64,000 nucleotides of DNA from Utricularia gibba (Eukaryota > Plantae > Magnoliophyta), in NCBI GenBank assembly GCA_002189035.1, contig NEEC01000010.1:2542001-2606000 (forward strand), in the 5' to 3' direction. The notes beneath the pieces are model-generated. The model was not told where the DNA came from and did no database searches. It worked only from the letters and a program-made list of their open reading frames with translations. The number at the start of each line of letters is the position of its first letter. Position 1 is the stretch's first letter. Shown in pieces: positions 50,504 through 63,408 of this stretch. The position numbers and the translations under genes were made by a program.

Positions 50504-52240
50504 TCAGTCTGTTAGAAGCTTCTTTTGAAGCAGCATTTGCCTTAGCATGGAAGCCTGCGCTAGCATTCCTGCATCATGTACTCCCTGAACAATACTGGAG
50601 CAGAAATTGGGATGACACCAACTTCTACTTGATAACAGCAATTCAACAACCTCAACTGCAGCCTCCATCTTCATCTTCTCACACAGTCTATGGATCATGA
50701 ATCTATAGCAGTTCTCCCTTACTCTGTACCGTTGATGTTCACCCATCGCTTTCAGCAACTCCACCGCTGTTTCAATGAGACCAGCGTGGCAGAACCCCCA
50801 TAGAAGACACCGATATGTAACATCATCCGGGCGAGGCCCAGATTCCACCATGTACTGATACACTTCCATTGCTTTCTCCATGAGACCCCTCTTTGTCAAA
50901 CTATTAACCACAATGTTATATGTGATCAAGTTGGGGGAGATGCTTGATCCTTCTAAAGAGTGAAGGATTTGGATGGCTTCATCCAGCATTCCCTTGCGAC
51001 AAAGCGCACGAAGGAGGGTGTTGAAAGTAATAAGATCCGGTGAGTGCCCCTGCATCACCATTTGATCAAGGGAATCTATAGCAGGGATGAGAAGATCATG
51101 CTTGCATAATCCATTGATTAAAATGTTGAAGGTGACGACTGTGGGAGGGGTTGATGTTTCATACATCAGATGAAGGATCTCGTCCACTTCATCCCAATTT
51201 CCATCTCCACAAAGGGAATGTAGAAGGATGTTGAAAGTTACATCATTTGGCTCCAACCCATGGGACAAAAGACCTTCAACAGCCATCCTGGTTTCCTTGT
51301 GATTTCCCAGCTTACAAGTGAAGTTGATCATGGAGTTGTATGTTATCAGATCAGGATAGCAACCTTCTAATGCCAAATCATCCATGATCTCAAGAGCACG
51401 TTTGACACTCACATGCTTACACACCAATTCAATCAAGATTGTGTATGTGATAACATAGGGAGGGCATCCCCTCCTCAGCTGGTCTCTCCAGAACTCCACA
51501 GCATCCTCAAACCTACCATCATCAAACATGGCTCTTATGATAGTATTGAAAGTGACCACATCTGGGGAGCATCCGCCCAAGCTCATTCCATTCAAGACAT
51601 CAATGGCATGTTCAACACGCCTTCTCCTGCAGAGGGCACCAATCAACATGTTATATGTCATGACATCCGGAACACCACCGGACATAACCATCATTTGCAA
51701 AACCAGAACAGCTTTGTCTATCAGGTTAGCATTTACAAGCCCTCTGATCAACTTGGTACACGATGGGAAATCAGGAATTTGGCATCTGCGAGTCATCACA
51801 TCAAGTACCCTGAAACCTTGAATCACTTTCCCAAGAGAGCACAAACTCTGGAGAATTTCGTTGTTCGCTTTCTCATCATTTTCAACAAAGGGGCCGTTAA
51901 GAGAAGGCTTAGAAGGATGGATGATTTTTCTTATACCATTTTTACCATTCAGTTTCTGGTGAACACCATGGCTCGATACCTTCGGATCATACTCGTTTTG
52001 AACAGCCGCTTGCGAGGTATCAAGAAAAGCACCAGTTTGCAGCATTTTAGACCTTACCCATGGACCATAAACGTGCGTTCTCCATGACCCAGATTGGATT
52101 GTGCAACCAGCGACAAGGGCATGCCCAAACTGGAAGCTAATCCTACTACCTGAGAGATGCTCTGTGCAAAACTTGACATCAGGCCCTTGAAAACTATGAA
52201 AATCAACCATAGATTTCTGGGTCTGGACTGTATAGGACAT
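50504..52240 (-). CDS. P-class PPR protein, At1g08610-like, intronless
   Basis: 578-aa ORF with repeats such as PDVMTYNMLIGALC, PDVVTFNTII, PPYVITYTILIELVC and PDLITYNSMI. Confidence 0.9.
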   Translation of the reverse strand: MSYTVQTQKSMVDFHSFQGPDVKFCTEHLSGSRISFQFGHALVAGCTIQSGSWRTHVYGPWVRSKMLQTGAFLDTSQAAVQNEYDPKVSSHGVHQKLNGKNGIRKIIHPSKPSLNGPFVENDEKANNEILQSLCSLGKVIQGFRVLDVMTRRCQIPDFPSCTKLIRGLVNANLIDKAVLVLQMMVMSGGVPDVMTYNMLIGALCRRRRVEHAIDVLNGMSLGGCSPDVVTFNTIIRAMFDDGRFEDAVEFWRDQLRRGCPPYVITYTILIELVCKHVSVKRALEIMDDLALEGCYPDLITYNSMINFTCKLGNHKETRMAVEGLLSHGLEPNDVTFNILLHSLCGDGNWDEVDEILHLMYETSTPPTVVTFNILINGLCKHDLLIPAIDSLDQMVMQGHSPDLITFNTLLRALCRKGMLDEAIQILHSLEGSSISPNLITYNIVVNSLTKRGLMEKAMEVYQYMVESGPRPDDVTYRCLLWGFCHAGLIETAVELLKAMGEHQRYRVRENCYRFMIHRLCEKMKMEAAVEVVELLLSSRSWCHPNFCSSIVQGVHDAGMLAQASMLRQMLLQKKLLTD

Positions 52241-52850
52241 CGTTCCGGCTCCCTCTCCGAGAAGACGCCACTACCTCCGCCGGACCCCCGATGATGAATA
52301 TTCGTATCTTCAGACGATCAACGACCAGATGCCTTTTAGACACACGAAATACATCAATAAACGTAAAATCACAACACACCCTTAAGCAGGCAAAAACGTG
52401 GCAAAGAACTGACCTTCAAATGGCTGCTGGAGTCTAGGAGCCGAGAACGACGACGCGTCGAGGCGGTTTAGGTTTAGGGGTTTATGGGACAAACCCTACA
52501 TGTACGAAGTGTACGTGGCACCTTGGAAAAAGGCTTCTAGATTCTCCAATTCCTCTAGCAGCTCACTTTCGGTTTAATACCGAAGTAACCAGGACCAGAA
52601 TGACAGGATATCACTAATGAGGTGTTTGGAGCTGATACATGGGGAAGATGACATCATTAGTATGTTCCAAAAAGAGCAAGTCCTATCATCTTCCTCTCTG
52701 TTATCATTGAAAAAAAAAAATCATCTTCCTCTCTGTAAGGCAATGAAGTGAGTGTGAGAGCTAGAGTTCTACAACTAATCCTTGAAAGATTACAAATGAG
52801 CAACTAACAACTTTCAAATGCATCGAAGGGGGCCAACCCACAAACGAATT

Positions 52851-55069
52851 TCAAGTTGATTTGGCTCTGGAGAAGGATCGCCTTGTTGATGGGGAACCAC
52901 AACCTCCCAGAGATTCCCAAGGAACCCTTTATCGTATTTGTTGTTCTTCACAACATCAATTTTCTGGAGATGGGATCGTGCAAACAGCCTCTTCCATTTG
53001 CTTTTCTGTACTCTCTTCGTTTCATTATTCATCTCATTCAAGTGCTCTTTCAGAGCTGTGTCGCTTGCGGTCGCCTCCTTCACCTTCCTCTCCCAGCTCA
53101 GCTGCTCTTGCCATTTGAAAGTCTGTAAAAGCCACATCTTATTAAGTCTCATCGTTTGGAAACAGAAGCTCTTGCTTGCTGATACCAAACGTGACGAACC
53201 TCATTTGTCGTTGTGTTGGTAAGGCAGAGTCTAGCATGGTACAAGAAGAAACCAGACAGTAGCATGGAAATTACTGTAAGAAACACCATGATAAGGATTT
53301 GTGTGTTGTATGAACGCAGCAGCCACTGCAGCCAGAGATTTTATTTTCAGATCACACGGGAAGCTTGTCCACTGTGTGCAGAAGCAATGCAAAAAGTGGC
53401 AGTGTCACAACGCGTTAGGACAATTTAAGGTCATCCACACAGTTCATCTCCTAGAAGACTTTGCTTCCCAAAATTTCCGTTGCTTGAACTCATTCCTTGA
53501 TCATAAACGCTTCACTAATGCAAAAATTAAACTTCTAACCTGCAATACATGTGGAGCCAAACTGCCAAAAGAATGTTCAATGCCGTAATAAGCTGCAAAG
53601 CACAACAGAACTTCTAAGTGATTCTGCGCTGTACAGAAAAAGAAGAAAAATTGCATTCCTATGAGACCTGTAAGAATGTGAATGACTCGAAATTCTTTCA
53701 GCTGTCCCGCAAGGATAAAACCGAGTGCGACAATTCCATATATGCAGATGAGTAAATGCCTGCATTGTGACGGGATATAATAAAAGCAAGAACTAAGCCT
53801 CTAGAGGAACTTTTCATAATAAATTAGCTTCTCAAGGTTTTAGTTCAGCTGGCAAGTAAAAATGTAATCATTCGTTAAAACCAGCATGGCCAAGTTGAGT
53901 GCACCAAACATATCCATGTTTGTAACTCACCAAAGAAGAAAAGCCATGAAGTATCGTGTGTTCCTCTCACCAATACAATTGTTCTGGTAGGAAATATGAA
54001 ACAGAAAATCTTAAGCTAAGCAGCAGCAATAATAATTCACAGTCACAGTCTAGGGATTCTTAAGAGTGCATGAATGAGTGGGATTTCCAAAGATTTACCA
54101 CCCAAACACAATGATGGTCAAAACGAGCTACACAGCGATCACAAATTCTGCAATGCTTCGATCGAGCCGGCCTGGAAATGAAACAAGTAAGCTAAGAACA
54201 AGTCAACACTTTCGAGGACAAAAAACGGATGAAAACCTGAATGACTGACAGGCTTACCTGGAAATCTTGCAGGTGCTACATTCCTTCCTTTTATAGAGAA
54301 TGTTGTCATAAGGGTATGCAGAAACGTAGTGAGATACATTGTTGGAGTTCACACACCCCGGATCCGAAAAGCTAGCCAAGGAAAATAGGAGAATCCCCAC
54401 TGCCACCGCCAGGAAGCTTGTATACCTGGTAATATATAGTTATTCAAGTAAATATTACAAAGTGCATGTCTACAAGTTCACGCAAATGTGCATGAGAGGT
54501 AGAAAATACCTGTGCACTTCACTTAAGTAATACACTGGAATGTATTGGAAAGATGATTTCGCAATTATAAAATAAGTTCCTCCAACTATCAGTAAATAGA
54601 AAAACTGCATGAAACAGCAACTAAAATAAAAGAATGGACAAACACAACCATAATTAAAAAAAAGGGTAATACAAATGATCAGTGATCAATCTTGCTACCT
54701 AATCTCTTCCAGCAAGAAAATTACTAACCTGTATAATGGGGTTAGGCCGGTCACAGAAGTAATACTCAAAAGAAAGAAGAGCATTCGAGCCTCGAGACCC
54801 GCAAACAGAATTTACAAATCGCCTGCCCATCCCACAAAAAAACACAACCCAGATCACGAATTGTAATCACTACGGTGTACTGGTAAGAAATACAGAAAAA
54901 GGAGGTCAAAGGGTTACCGGAAATAACCATAAGCCCCCAAAGTGATGAAGGCGCTGATCCGCTGAATGAAAGTTCCCTGAAAAATAGGCCACTGCCCACA
55001 CACGAACGAAACGATTACCAGTAGAGTGACCAATCCGTGGCATAACAGGAGAAGTGATTGCAATGTCAT
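52851..55069 (-). CDS. PAT17: DHHC protein S-acyltransferase 17-like; probable one-base deletion near the C-terminus (52891-52894)
   Basis: [44 protein letters not shown]|[25 protein letters not shown]|NNCIG, TTNE, N.YDKG. As assembled the frame ends at 52814; with one C restored it ends [14 protein letters not shown] at 52851. Confidence 0.9.
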
Positions 55070-55689
55070 CAAGACTACTCTTTTACTCCGCAGGCGATAT
55101 AAACAGTGGATTTTATAGAACAGAAGAAAAATGGGCGTGCGCAAGAAATACGAGGAGGACGAAAAGAAGTCCAACTACCCAGTTCGAACAGGATCATCAC
55201 CTTCCTCAGATGGCAGTGCCAGTGGGGCTTAAGGAGCCCTTTCCCTGCCCAAGGAAAGCATTTGCTAATAACACTAGAAAATGGTTTTTTTTTTTAGTAA
55301 CTTCTGTCTGTGTGTATAAAATATATATTACATATTTTCAGAATGATTATTTTTGGATTATTTCATTTTCTAATTTGATTTATATTAGCATAAAAAATAA
55401 AAAAATACATAAAAAAATAAGATTTATACCTGAATTTTAATTTAGAACCATTTTCTGAATTAAATTATTTTACAAAACAAAAATAAGCTTAATATAATTC
55501 AAGAAAACCCACTATAGCAAAATAATATTTATGAAACAATTATAAAATACTAATTAATTTCTATGGAGTGGATATTATGGTGATTTTTTAATATATATAT
55601 GAAAAAATGATTTTTTTAATATAATTTTTTAATTTTAATGTATGAAAAAAGAAATTAAAAGTGACCATTTTTATAGAATATTCAGGGCT

Positions 55690-57336
55690 TTATGGCTCAT
55701 CAGTGTCCATGGCTTTCTCTATGATGTCAATGCAGTAGCCCACAGACCGTCCCTCCGACATGGCTGCCGCCAGCTCCGTTCGAGCTCGGTTATGGCGGCG
55801 CAGGATCAGCACAGTGTTGAGAACAGCCCATCTTACTTGCCCATCAGCCTTCTTCTGAGTGAATCCCAGACCCTTGAGCAGGGTGTCCAACTATCAAAAC
55901 GGAAAAAAAGAAAAAGGATGAGCATTCTGGGATCCTATTAATGCCGATGAAAGTTGATGGCAGAAGCGAAACCGTGCTGATATCAGCGAGGCCTCCCTCA
56001 GCTGCGCCGTAAAGGAGATACTCAGTTGCCACACCAGCGAGTGCAATGCATGAAAATTTGTTAAGGGTCTGCAAGAGCCAGAGCAGGGGGGATTCAGATG
56101 AGGAATGAAGGGTGTGCAGCGGAGGGGAAGCTTACTGCTGCTGAAACTTTTCCGCTGTTCACCTGAAATATGGAAATAATGGTGGTTTAGAACAATGAAG
56201 TTGATAAATGGGGCGTCCTGATGCTAGAGACAGGCTTACTTCCTCAACGAATTCCAAGTCCACGAATTTGGTCCCTGCTTGCACATTAAGGGAGCCTTCT
56301 ATTCTCAGAGCTTCCAGACTGGTCAGTGTATAGCTCTTGGGAAGGATTCCAAGCAAATATGCAATCAAGAAATGGCCTGCTTCATGCTGACAAAGGCGTG
56401 CATGTTAAGAGAACAGCGTTATGTGAAGGAAATCATGTATATACATACTTGAACCACCCGATCGTGGTACTTATGGCTGAAGGAATGAGCAAGTGTATCA
56501 AGAAACAAGAAACCCAAGCCACCATTGAAGGAGACCTGTGTAAATTATGTTTAAAGCAAGTGTGTAAGGTAATCCCAGTGACAAGATAAAAAATGGTTTT
56601 CATTGCGAAGTTTTTGAACAAGATCAAATTCATTGCAAACACTCATTTCAGTAAGCATTTCATACTGTTATCAAGGTGTGGAATAGGTGCATCAGCAGTA
56701 GTTTTCCCCTTTTTCAAATGCAGCAAGCGAAATATACCCCAACAATTTAAATGCTACTCCCATACATACCGCATCAAGAGTCCACAGAAACAACAATCCC
56801 AGAAATTGGAACAGAATGTGCTGAAAACTCAGCCCAAAGGCGTTCCATGCTCCAACTCCTCCCAACAAAGCAGAAACCTGAATGGCCCTCTCAATGGAAC
56901 CCAGTGTATTGTCCACAGGTGACAGAAGAGACGAAGTTTCAATACCATTCAGCCTTAATTCATCCAAAGTGTACAGCCTCTGTGGGATCTGCAATCAATC
57001 TATTCAAACAGGATAAAAAGATTGCTATGAAGAAATTAGCTCCTTTACAAACGCCAGATAAGAGATTGCATGATAAACTGAAATAAATGAAATAGGTGAG
57101 AAATTTTCATGCACCTGCCGCGCAGTACCAAAGCAACGAAGCTCGCGGTTCGTAGCTTGAAACTCCCTGACAAGATTCAAAGCAGCCCTGTCATTTCCAA
57201 TCCTCAATTCCTTGTCAACCTTCTCAAGGAGCTGCAACCGTGAGCTGCCAACGCCGGCTGTATGGGCAAATATTCTGCAGGAGCACCGGAGAAGCGTTGG
57301 TGGCCCGGTATTGTATTGCAAAACAACGATCCCCAT
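55690..57336 (-). CDS. Plastid-type membrane protein with an HEAGH (M41-like zinc) motif, At5g27290-like
   Basis: LEKVDKEL...CFGTARQ|IPQRLYTLDELRLNGIET, LWTLDA|VSFNGG, HEAGHFLIAYLLGILP, FSCIALAGVATEYL, VRWAVLNTVLILRRH. Exons in phase. Confidence 0.88.
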
Positions 57337-57992
57337 TCAACTGGGAAATTACAAAATAAGCGGCAATAGCGCTTTTCAGCGTTCTGCTCTGTTCTTTACT
57401 TGTGGCTGGCCTTCCACAAAGAAACGACCAGCAAAGATGGATTCTTTCCGGATCAACATTCAGTCGGGTTGAGTACATGGGTCGGGTTATATGACAAAGT
57501 GACACATGGAACTGAAATTTGAATCAACTAGTTCAGGGTCTCCATTAAAAGCTTCAAGGAATGAGCGAAATAAATGTGCAGTGGAGAAGGCGAATGTTTC
57601 CTTCTCGTGAACATTGGAAAAGGAGGGAAAATCCTCCATAAACCCTAAACCAATTTCTCCCCTGCCTCACACACGCATTTGTTCGTTCGTTTTCCGGTGC
57701 ACAACTTCGTTTGCAAGTTTTGAATGCAAGCCTGGTGTGGGTTTTCAATCATCGTGTTTGCGTGGTGACTTTTTCTTGCCTCCTCTATGTGTTTTTGTTT
57801 CATTTCATGTACTGAACTTCACGAGCATGGTGATTCTTGAATCCAAGTCTGGTGCTTTTCTGCCGTATGGTTCTTTAGCGTGAAGGGGTTTTCTGTTTGA
57901 GCGGGTGAAGACGGCTTGTGGGGTTGAACAAAACTAAGTCTTGAGCAGTTGTTACGCTCTTTTATCCTGATTCCTTATCAGCAGAGTTTGCA

Positions 57993-60659
57993 ATGGCTCG
58001 GCTACTGCGAAACGCCACTTGCCTAAGACGAACACTGTTCACGCACCTTCAGGTTTTATTCCATTTAATGAGCTTTATGCGTAGTGATGTAACTGATCAG
58101 GTAGTTTTGTTGCTGCTTTTTATCCTGCTGAATGGTGCAACCCCAGCCCACTCTTTTGTAGGGATATATCTCTGTTCCTTCTCGGACTTCATAAATCATT
58201 TATCTAGCAGCTAATTTTGCCCCTGTTTCTAGAGCAGAAATCATATTTTGCATAAAAATGTCTAGAAACGATATAATTCTTTGTGCCTTTGGTAATATCA
58301 TGTTCTTTTAATGACTGCATATAGAGTCGCTGCATTTGGGGAAATGAATAAACGTTCATTATTTTCCAGTTTTCAGTTGGCTGCCATTTGATCCTTATGT
58401 TTTTTTTTTCCATCAGACTACAGGCGCATTGCTGGAAGCATCTAATCAACACTGCCACTTTTCTACAAAAAGTAATAAGAACTTCACGTTGCGTTGGGTT
58501 CTGAAATCATGAAATATGTTTCAGACTTTCAAAAAATATGGAGACTGGATTGTTGGATATCCCTTTCAATCTTCTCGGGACTGTTTTCTTGTATGCATTG
58601 ATTGATGGAATCGTAATCATGTGCTTTTTTAATTATTTTCTTTAATCTGAAGGTAGGAAAAAATCTAAAGCTGATGCTAGTGATTCTGGTGAGGAAAATA
58701 TGTCCAAGAAAGATTTAGCATTGAAGCTAGCGATGGATCAGATCACTACCTCATTTGGTAAGGGATCCATTATGTGGCTGGGCAGGGGTGAATCTGTGAA
58801 GGATGTCCCTGTTGTTTCCTCTGGATCATTTGCTTTGGACGCTGCTTTAGGGATAGGAGGGTTTCCCAAGGTACTTTAGATGATTGATTTTTTAGCTTTT
58901 TATATCTTTTTATTTATTTACATGTACACATCACTTGTATAAGTGTAGCGGATGTTTTGGGCTAGTCAGGTGGACATGGAGAAATGTTCTGGCTAGGCGT
59001 TCTTCATTAGTTATAATCTTGAGAAATATGAAGATGCGCTAGACATAAGTACACAATATACGAGCTTTGGACATTGTCTTCAGGTCCGGTTGGTAGAAGA
59101 TCATGGCTAGGACTACATTTATAAATGAGAATTCCTCGATCATATGGCACCATTTAGCAGTTTTCATATGATGTCTTCTCACTTTTGCAAAATTTTGGGC
59201 AAGTGTGCAAAGTAGATGTGCTTGGCACAACTGTGAATAAAAAGCTTTAAAATATTTGAATTATTTTTCTGCATTTTTTGAGTTTGATCAGGGACGTGTG
59301 ATTGAGATTTATGGCCCTGAAGCTTCTGGAAAAACAACTCTTGCTTTACACGTCATTGCAGAGGCACAAAAGCACGGAGGTCTGTTACCCTTTTGGGTTG
59401 CCAAAGTTTATTTTTTGTGTATTTTATTTGGATGCCAAGGGTGTCCCTCATTCTCTTCCAATATTGGCACAAAAGCAGGGAGGTCTGTTACCCTTTTTTA
59501 TTGTGAACTTTTTACTGTGTGGTGTAGGCTATTGTGTCTTTGTGGATGCGGAGCATGCTCTTGATCCAGCTTTAGCTGAGGCAGTTGGTGTTAACACTGA
59601 AAACCTGCTTCTCTCACAACCAGATTGTGGCGAACAGGCTCTAAGTTTGGTGGATACTCTAATTCGCAGTGGTTCTGTTGATGTGGTTGTTGTTGACAGT
59701 GTAAGATATCTTGCTTTAAACTGTAAATGGTATCCTGCTTATACCTATGTTTTCTGTAAGTGATCTAATTTTTATGTAGATTTTCTGCATCAAATGTTTT
59801 CCATTTTTTCAGATGCATTTTGTTTCGCCGCAGGTGGCAGCCTTAGTCCCTAAGGCTGAACTTGATGGTGAAATGGGAGATGCTCATATGGCAATGCAAG
59901 CCAGACTTATGAGCCAAGCACTTCGCAAACTGAGCCACTCATTATCTCTTTCTCAAACAATATTGATTTTCACAAATCAGGTTTGATATCTTTCAAATAA
60001 TCCTCTCTTGAACTGTCATCATCTTCTTTCTTACAAGCTTCATGTATTGTAGGTGAGATCAAAGCTGTCCACTTTTGGTGGCTTTGGTGGTCCTACTGAA
60101 GTTACATGTGGGGGGAATGCTCTCAAATTTTATGCTTCAGTACGTGTTAACATCAAAAGAATAGGCCTTGTCAAGAAGGGAGAAGAGGTGCAAGTCTCTC
60201 CTACTTTTGCTGATTCCATGTAGCATGTACCGAACATGTGACAATCAACATATAATGTCAGTGCAGACAATAGGGAGCCAAGTTTTGGTGAAGATTGTAA
60301 AGAACAAGCATGCACCACCTTTCAGGACTGCAGAGTTTGAGCTCGAGTTCGGCAAAGGCATTTGCCGTGTAGCAGAGCTCATAGACTTGGGCTGCAAACA
60401 CAAGCTGATCGTGAAGAGTGGTGGCGGAATGTTCTATGTTGGTGATCAGAGTTTTCGGGGCAGGGATACTCTAAAAAAGCACCTGTCAGAAAACGAAACT
60501 GTAAGAAGTGATCTTGAGACAAAACTCAGACAAAAGCTGATTATACAACATGCACCGGAGATAGAACACGAGGAAGTTACCGTGGAGAGCATCGAGGATA
60601 TGGCCGCTTCATTCGATGCCACCACCGATGAAGAGGTTGTTGCTACTGCCGAGGCGTGA
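57993..60659 (+). CDS. RECA2: Organelle-targeted RecA (RECA2-like)
   Basis: Transit-like [29 protein letters not shown]|[19 protein letters not shown] (Walker A), VDVVVVDS (Walker B), [34 protein letters not shown]. The paralog assignment is from memory of the N-terminus. Confidence 0.9.
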
Positions 60660-61841
60660 CGATTGTCTTCTCTCTAGCAAAGTTTTTCTTTGTTTTTCTC
60701 AGTGGGGGGATCCCAGAATCTTGGACCTCCATCTGCTGTTATAGGCGTGGTTTTGAGATGTGCAGCGGTAGCAGGTCACCAAAGATTGGAGCAATTTGGG
60801 ATTGTTCCTTCCTTTTGTCAGCATCACATTGTAACATTGGATGCTTGCTTGATGCATAGTCTGTTTCATGAGGTCGAAGGTAAAGTATTACATCAAAAAT
60901 TCCTGATTCAAAAAACTATTTCCAGCCTTTATGCTTGAATGACAATTGAAGACCCTTGAAGATGAGCTTCTGTTAGTTCTGTTAGCATCACATTATCCGT
61001 AATTATAAAAAAATAGGTATGGGACGAATTTATAGTATACAGGTATAAAAACTTATAAACATAATTCATATTAGAATATATAAATTATGTAATTATTCGA
61101 ATAAATTTGTGATCTTATATGATTTTAGTGTATCAATTTGTGCCTACGTCGAGGAAAAGGCGGTGCTTTGACGTTTTAATATTATTTTCTGGTGTAAAGA
61201 CTATATTGCCCTCCTCAAATCCATGGGTATCCAGTTCCACGTACACATCTGCAATTCCGAGCCGTTCTTCGAGCAGTTCTGCAATTCTCAATCCTCTAGG
61301 TTCCGCCATCGGTGATTGGCGCTGGGCCATCTGTGATCGCCCCTAGCGGTTGGAATCGAGCTCAGGTATTCTAGTATTTCTATGATGGTGTGCCTTTCCC
61401 ATTTATGATTCCGGAAAATGCTAGTTTCCAGATTTTATGGCCGAAGTGTTTATTGTTCTGTTGAAGAAGCTTTTTTTTTTTTTAATTTTTGCAATACGTC
61501 AATGTCATTAATCCTTAGAAGGTGTGGCGTCATATCGAATACATGGGTCAGAAAGGCTTCCTTCGGTTTGAAGCACTGTTCACCCGTATTTGTTGTTGTT
61601 TCCAAATGTTTCTATGCCCGAACACCTTGTGAGATTTTCAGAATTGAAAAAAAAAAAGGACTTTCAACTAACACGAATTTCTTTTCATCTTTTTTTGCTT
61701 TTTTAAATCATTTTTAAGGATTCGTGATTTGTGTTTGGCATATTCATGGTAATATTTTCAAGTTGGGCTTTACGTTTTACTTTCAAATGGTTTAGGGTTT
61801 CATCTCGGCTGTTTCAGGTGGTGGAATTAGGTGGCTTGAAG

Positions 61842-62847
61842 ATGTCTCTGGCTACCAGTATTGCAAGGCCAATCACTTCACTGCCTGTAGGTGCGGACTT
61901 TTAAACATTTATTTTAACACATTTCATGGCGGCCTGAGTTTATTTTGTGATCTGGATTTCGAAATGGTACTCCCTTTTTGAATGAATGCCGGATGTAAAA
62001 TCTTTCTGTTACAGAAGAATCATATTTGTGATTTTGTACACACTTTTCCATCTATGCGTGAAACCATGATCGACAGACATTCTCACTTATTTCTCCTTTT
62101 TTATCTATTCCTTCGCAGTTCATCCAGAAGGGCAATGTATGAAGCTTAAGAAAAATGTTTCTTGTCAGGCAGCCTTCGCCAAACAATTAAACTTAGAGTT
62201 TCATCCGTTAGAAAGAAGAATCACCCTAAATGGTGCTTCTAGATCAAAGCATTCTTCTATAATATGCGCTGCAGCCCTGGTAATTCTCATTCCCACGTAG
62301 GAAATTTGCAGTTTTTTTGTTCAGTTATGCTGACATTATCTTTCCTGTGCGTCAATTGTGTTTGATGTTAGTGCGTTCCAAAATACTTCGAGTCATTATC
62401 CTTTTTTTTTTTTTTTGAAACCGCAGAACGCCAGATGTGCAGCTGAGCAGACCCAAACCGTAACAAGGCAATCATCAACTATAACAGTCGCACCTATTCA
62501 AGGTAAATATCATCCTTTTTTCATCTTTGTTCCAAAAAATAATTGATGAAGAGCAACAAGACCTGCTGAGGTTGCTGAATCTCACCACCTACACCGCACT
62601 CTTAAACCACGTAGATGGATCCAGAATGAGTTACAATCTTAACCACAATCTTGTTTCAGGTAAAGAAAAGTCTCCAGAGCTGGATGATGGTGGAACAGGA
62701 TTTCCTCCACGTGATGATGGTGACGGTGGAGGCGGCGGAGGTGGCGGTGGCGGCCGCTGGTCCGGTGGCTTCTTCTTCTTCGGGTTCCTTGCATTCCTTG
62801 GTTTTCTCAAGGATAAGGAGAGCGAGGGCCGCTATGGCGATGAATGA
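61842..62847 (+). CDS. YELLOW LEAF 1-like chloroplast protein, 4 coding exons
   Basis: Transit-like N-terminus, ICAAAL|NARCAAEQTQTVTRQS, GKEKSPELDDGGTGFPPRDDGDGGGGGGGGGRWSGGFFFFGFLAFLGFLKDKE. Probable 5'UTR intron 61366-61817. Confidence 0.78.
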
Positions 62848-63294
62848 TGGGAACTTAGAGTTGCAGCCATGAGGAAGGATGCCACAGACAGTATTACATC
62901 AATATGTCAACCAGTTTTTGTCCCATGATTCAAATGTTGAAACCAACCAACCCAAAGTCCTTTAGGTTGAAGATGCCACTGGAAATTTACAGTTGGTGTA
63001 GTATAGAAATAATTATGAATATTGAATATGAATAGAAAATTACAAGAATCGATTATAAATGGTGGCCATTTGAATTAAATCAATTATTTTTTTTATTCAA
63101 TCAATTAATTTTATATAAAATTAAGCATATAATATTTATAAAAATAATGTATTTTTACGAATAAACACATATTTTCTAAAGTTGATGATACAAATTTGCT
63201 ACCTAAGTACAAATAAAATAAAAATCAATTGAGAATAAAGTCCATTAATATTTAGAAATTAAGTTAGAAGTAAAAAAATTTCTAATTGGTTCTC

Positions 63295-63408
63295 TAGAAC
63301 CGATTTCGGGTAGGAAATGATTACACATATATTTCTATTCGGATTCGGGTTCGGGTCGGGTTCGGTTGTGGTTGTTATGGGACCGACCTCGACCCACGAA
63401 CATTCTTA
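63295..63408 (-). mobile_element. Possible degenerate hAT/MITE-like end with subterminal (TCGGG/ACCCG) repeats
   Basis: TTCGGATTCGGGTTCGGGTCGGGTTCGG array. The minus strand begins TAAGAATGTTCGTGGGTCG, resembling TAGGGxTG-type termini. No second end or TSD seen. Confidence 0.35.

Noticed and set aside
61133-61330. 65-aa minus-strand ORF with protein-like composition (RIAELLEERLGIADVYVELD)
   Set aside because: Antisense to the YL1-like promoter and first exon, no recognised family, and a length expected by chance.
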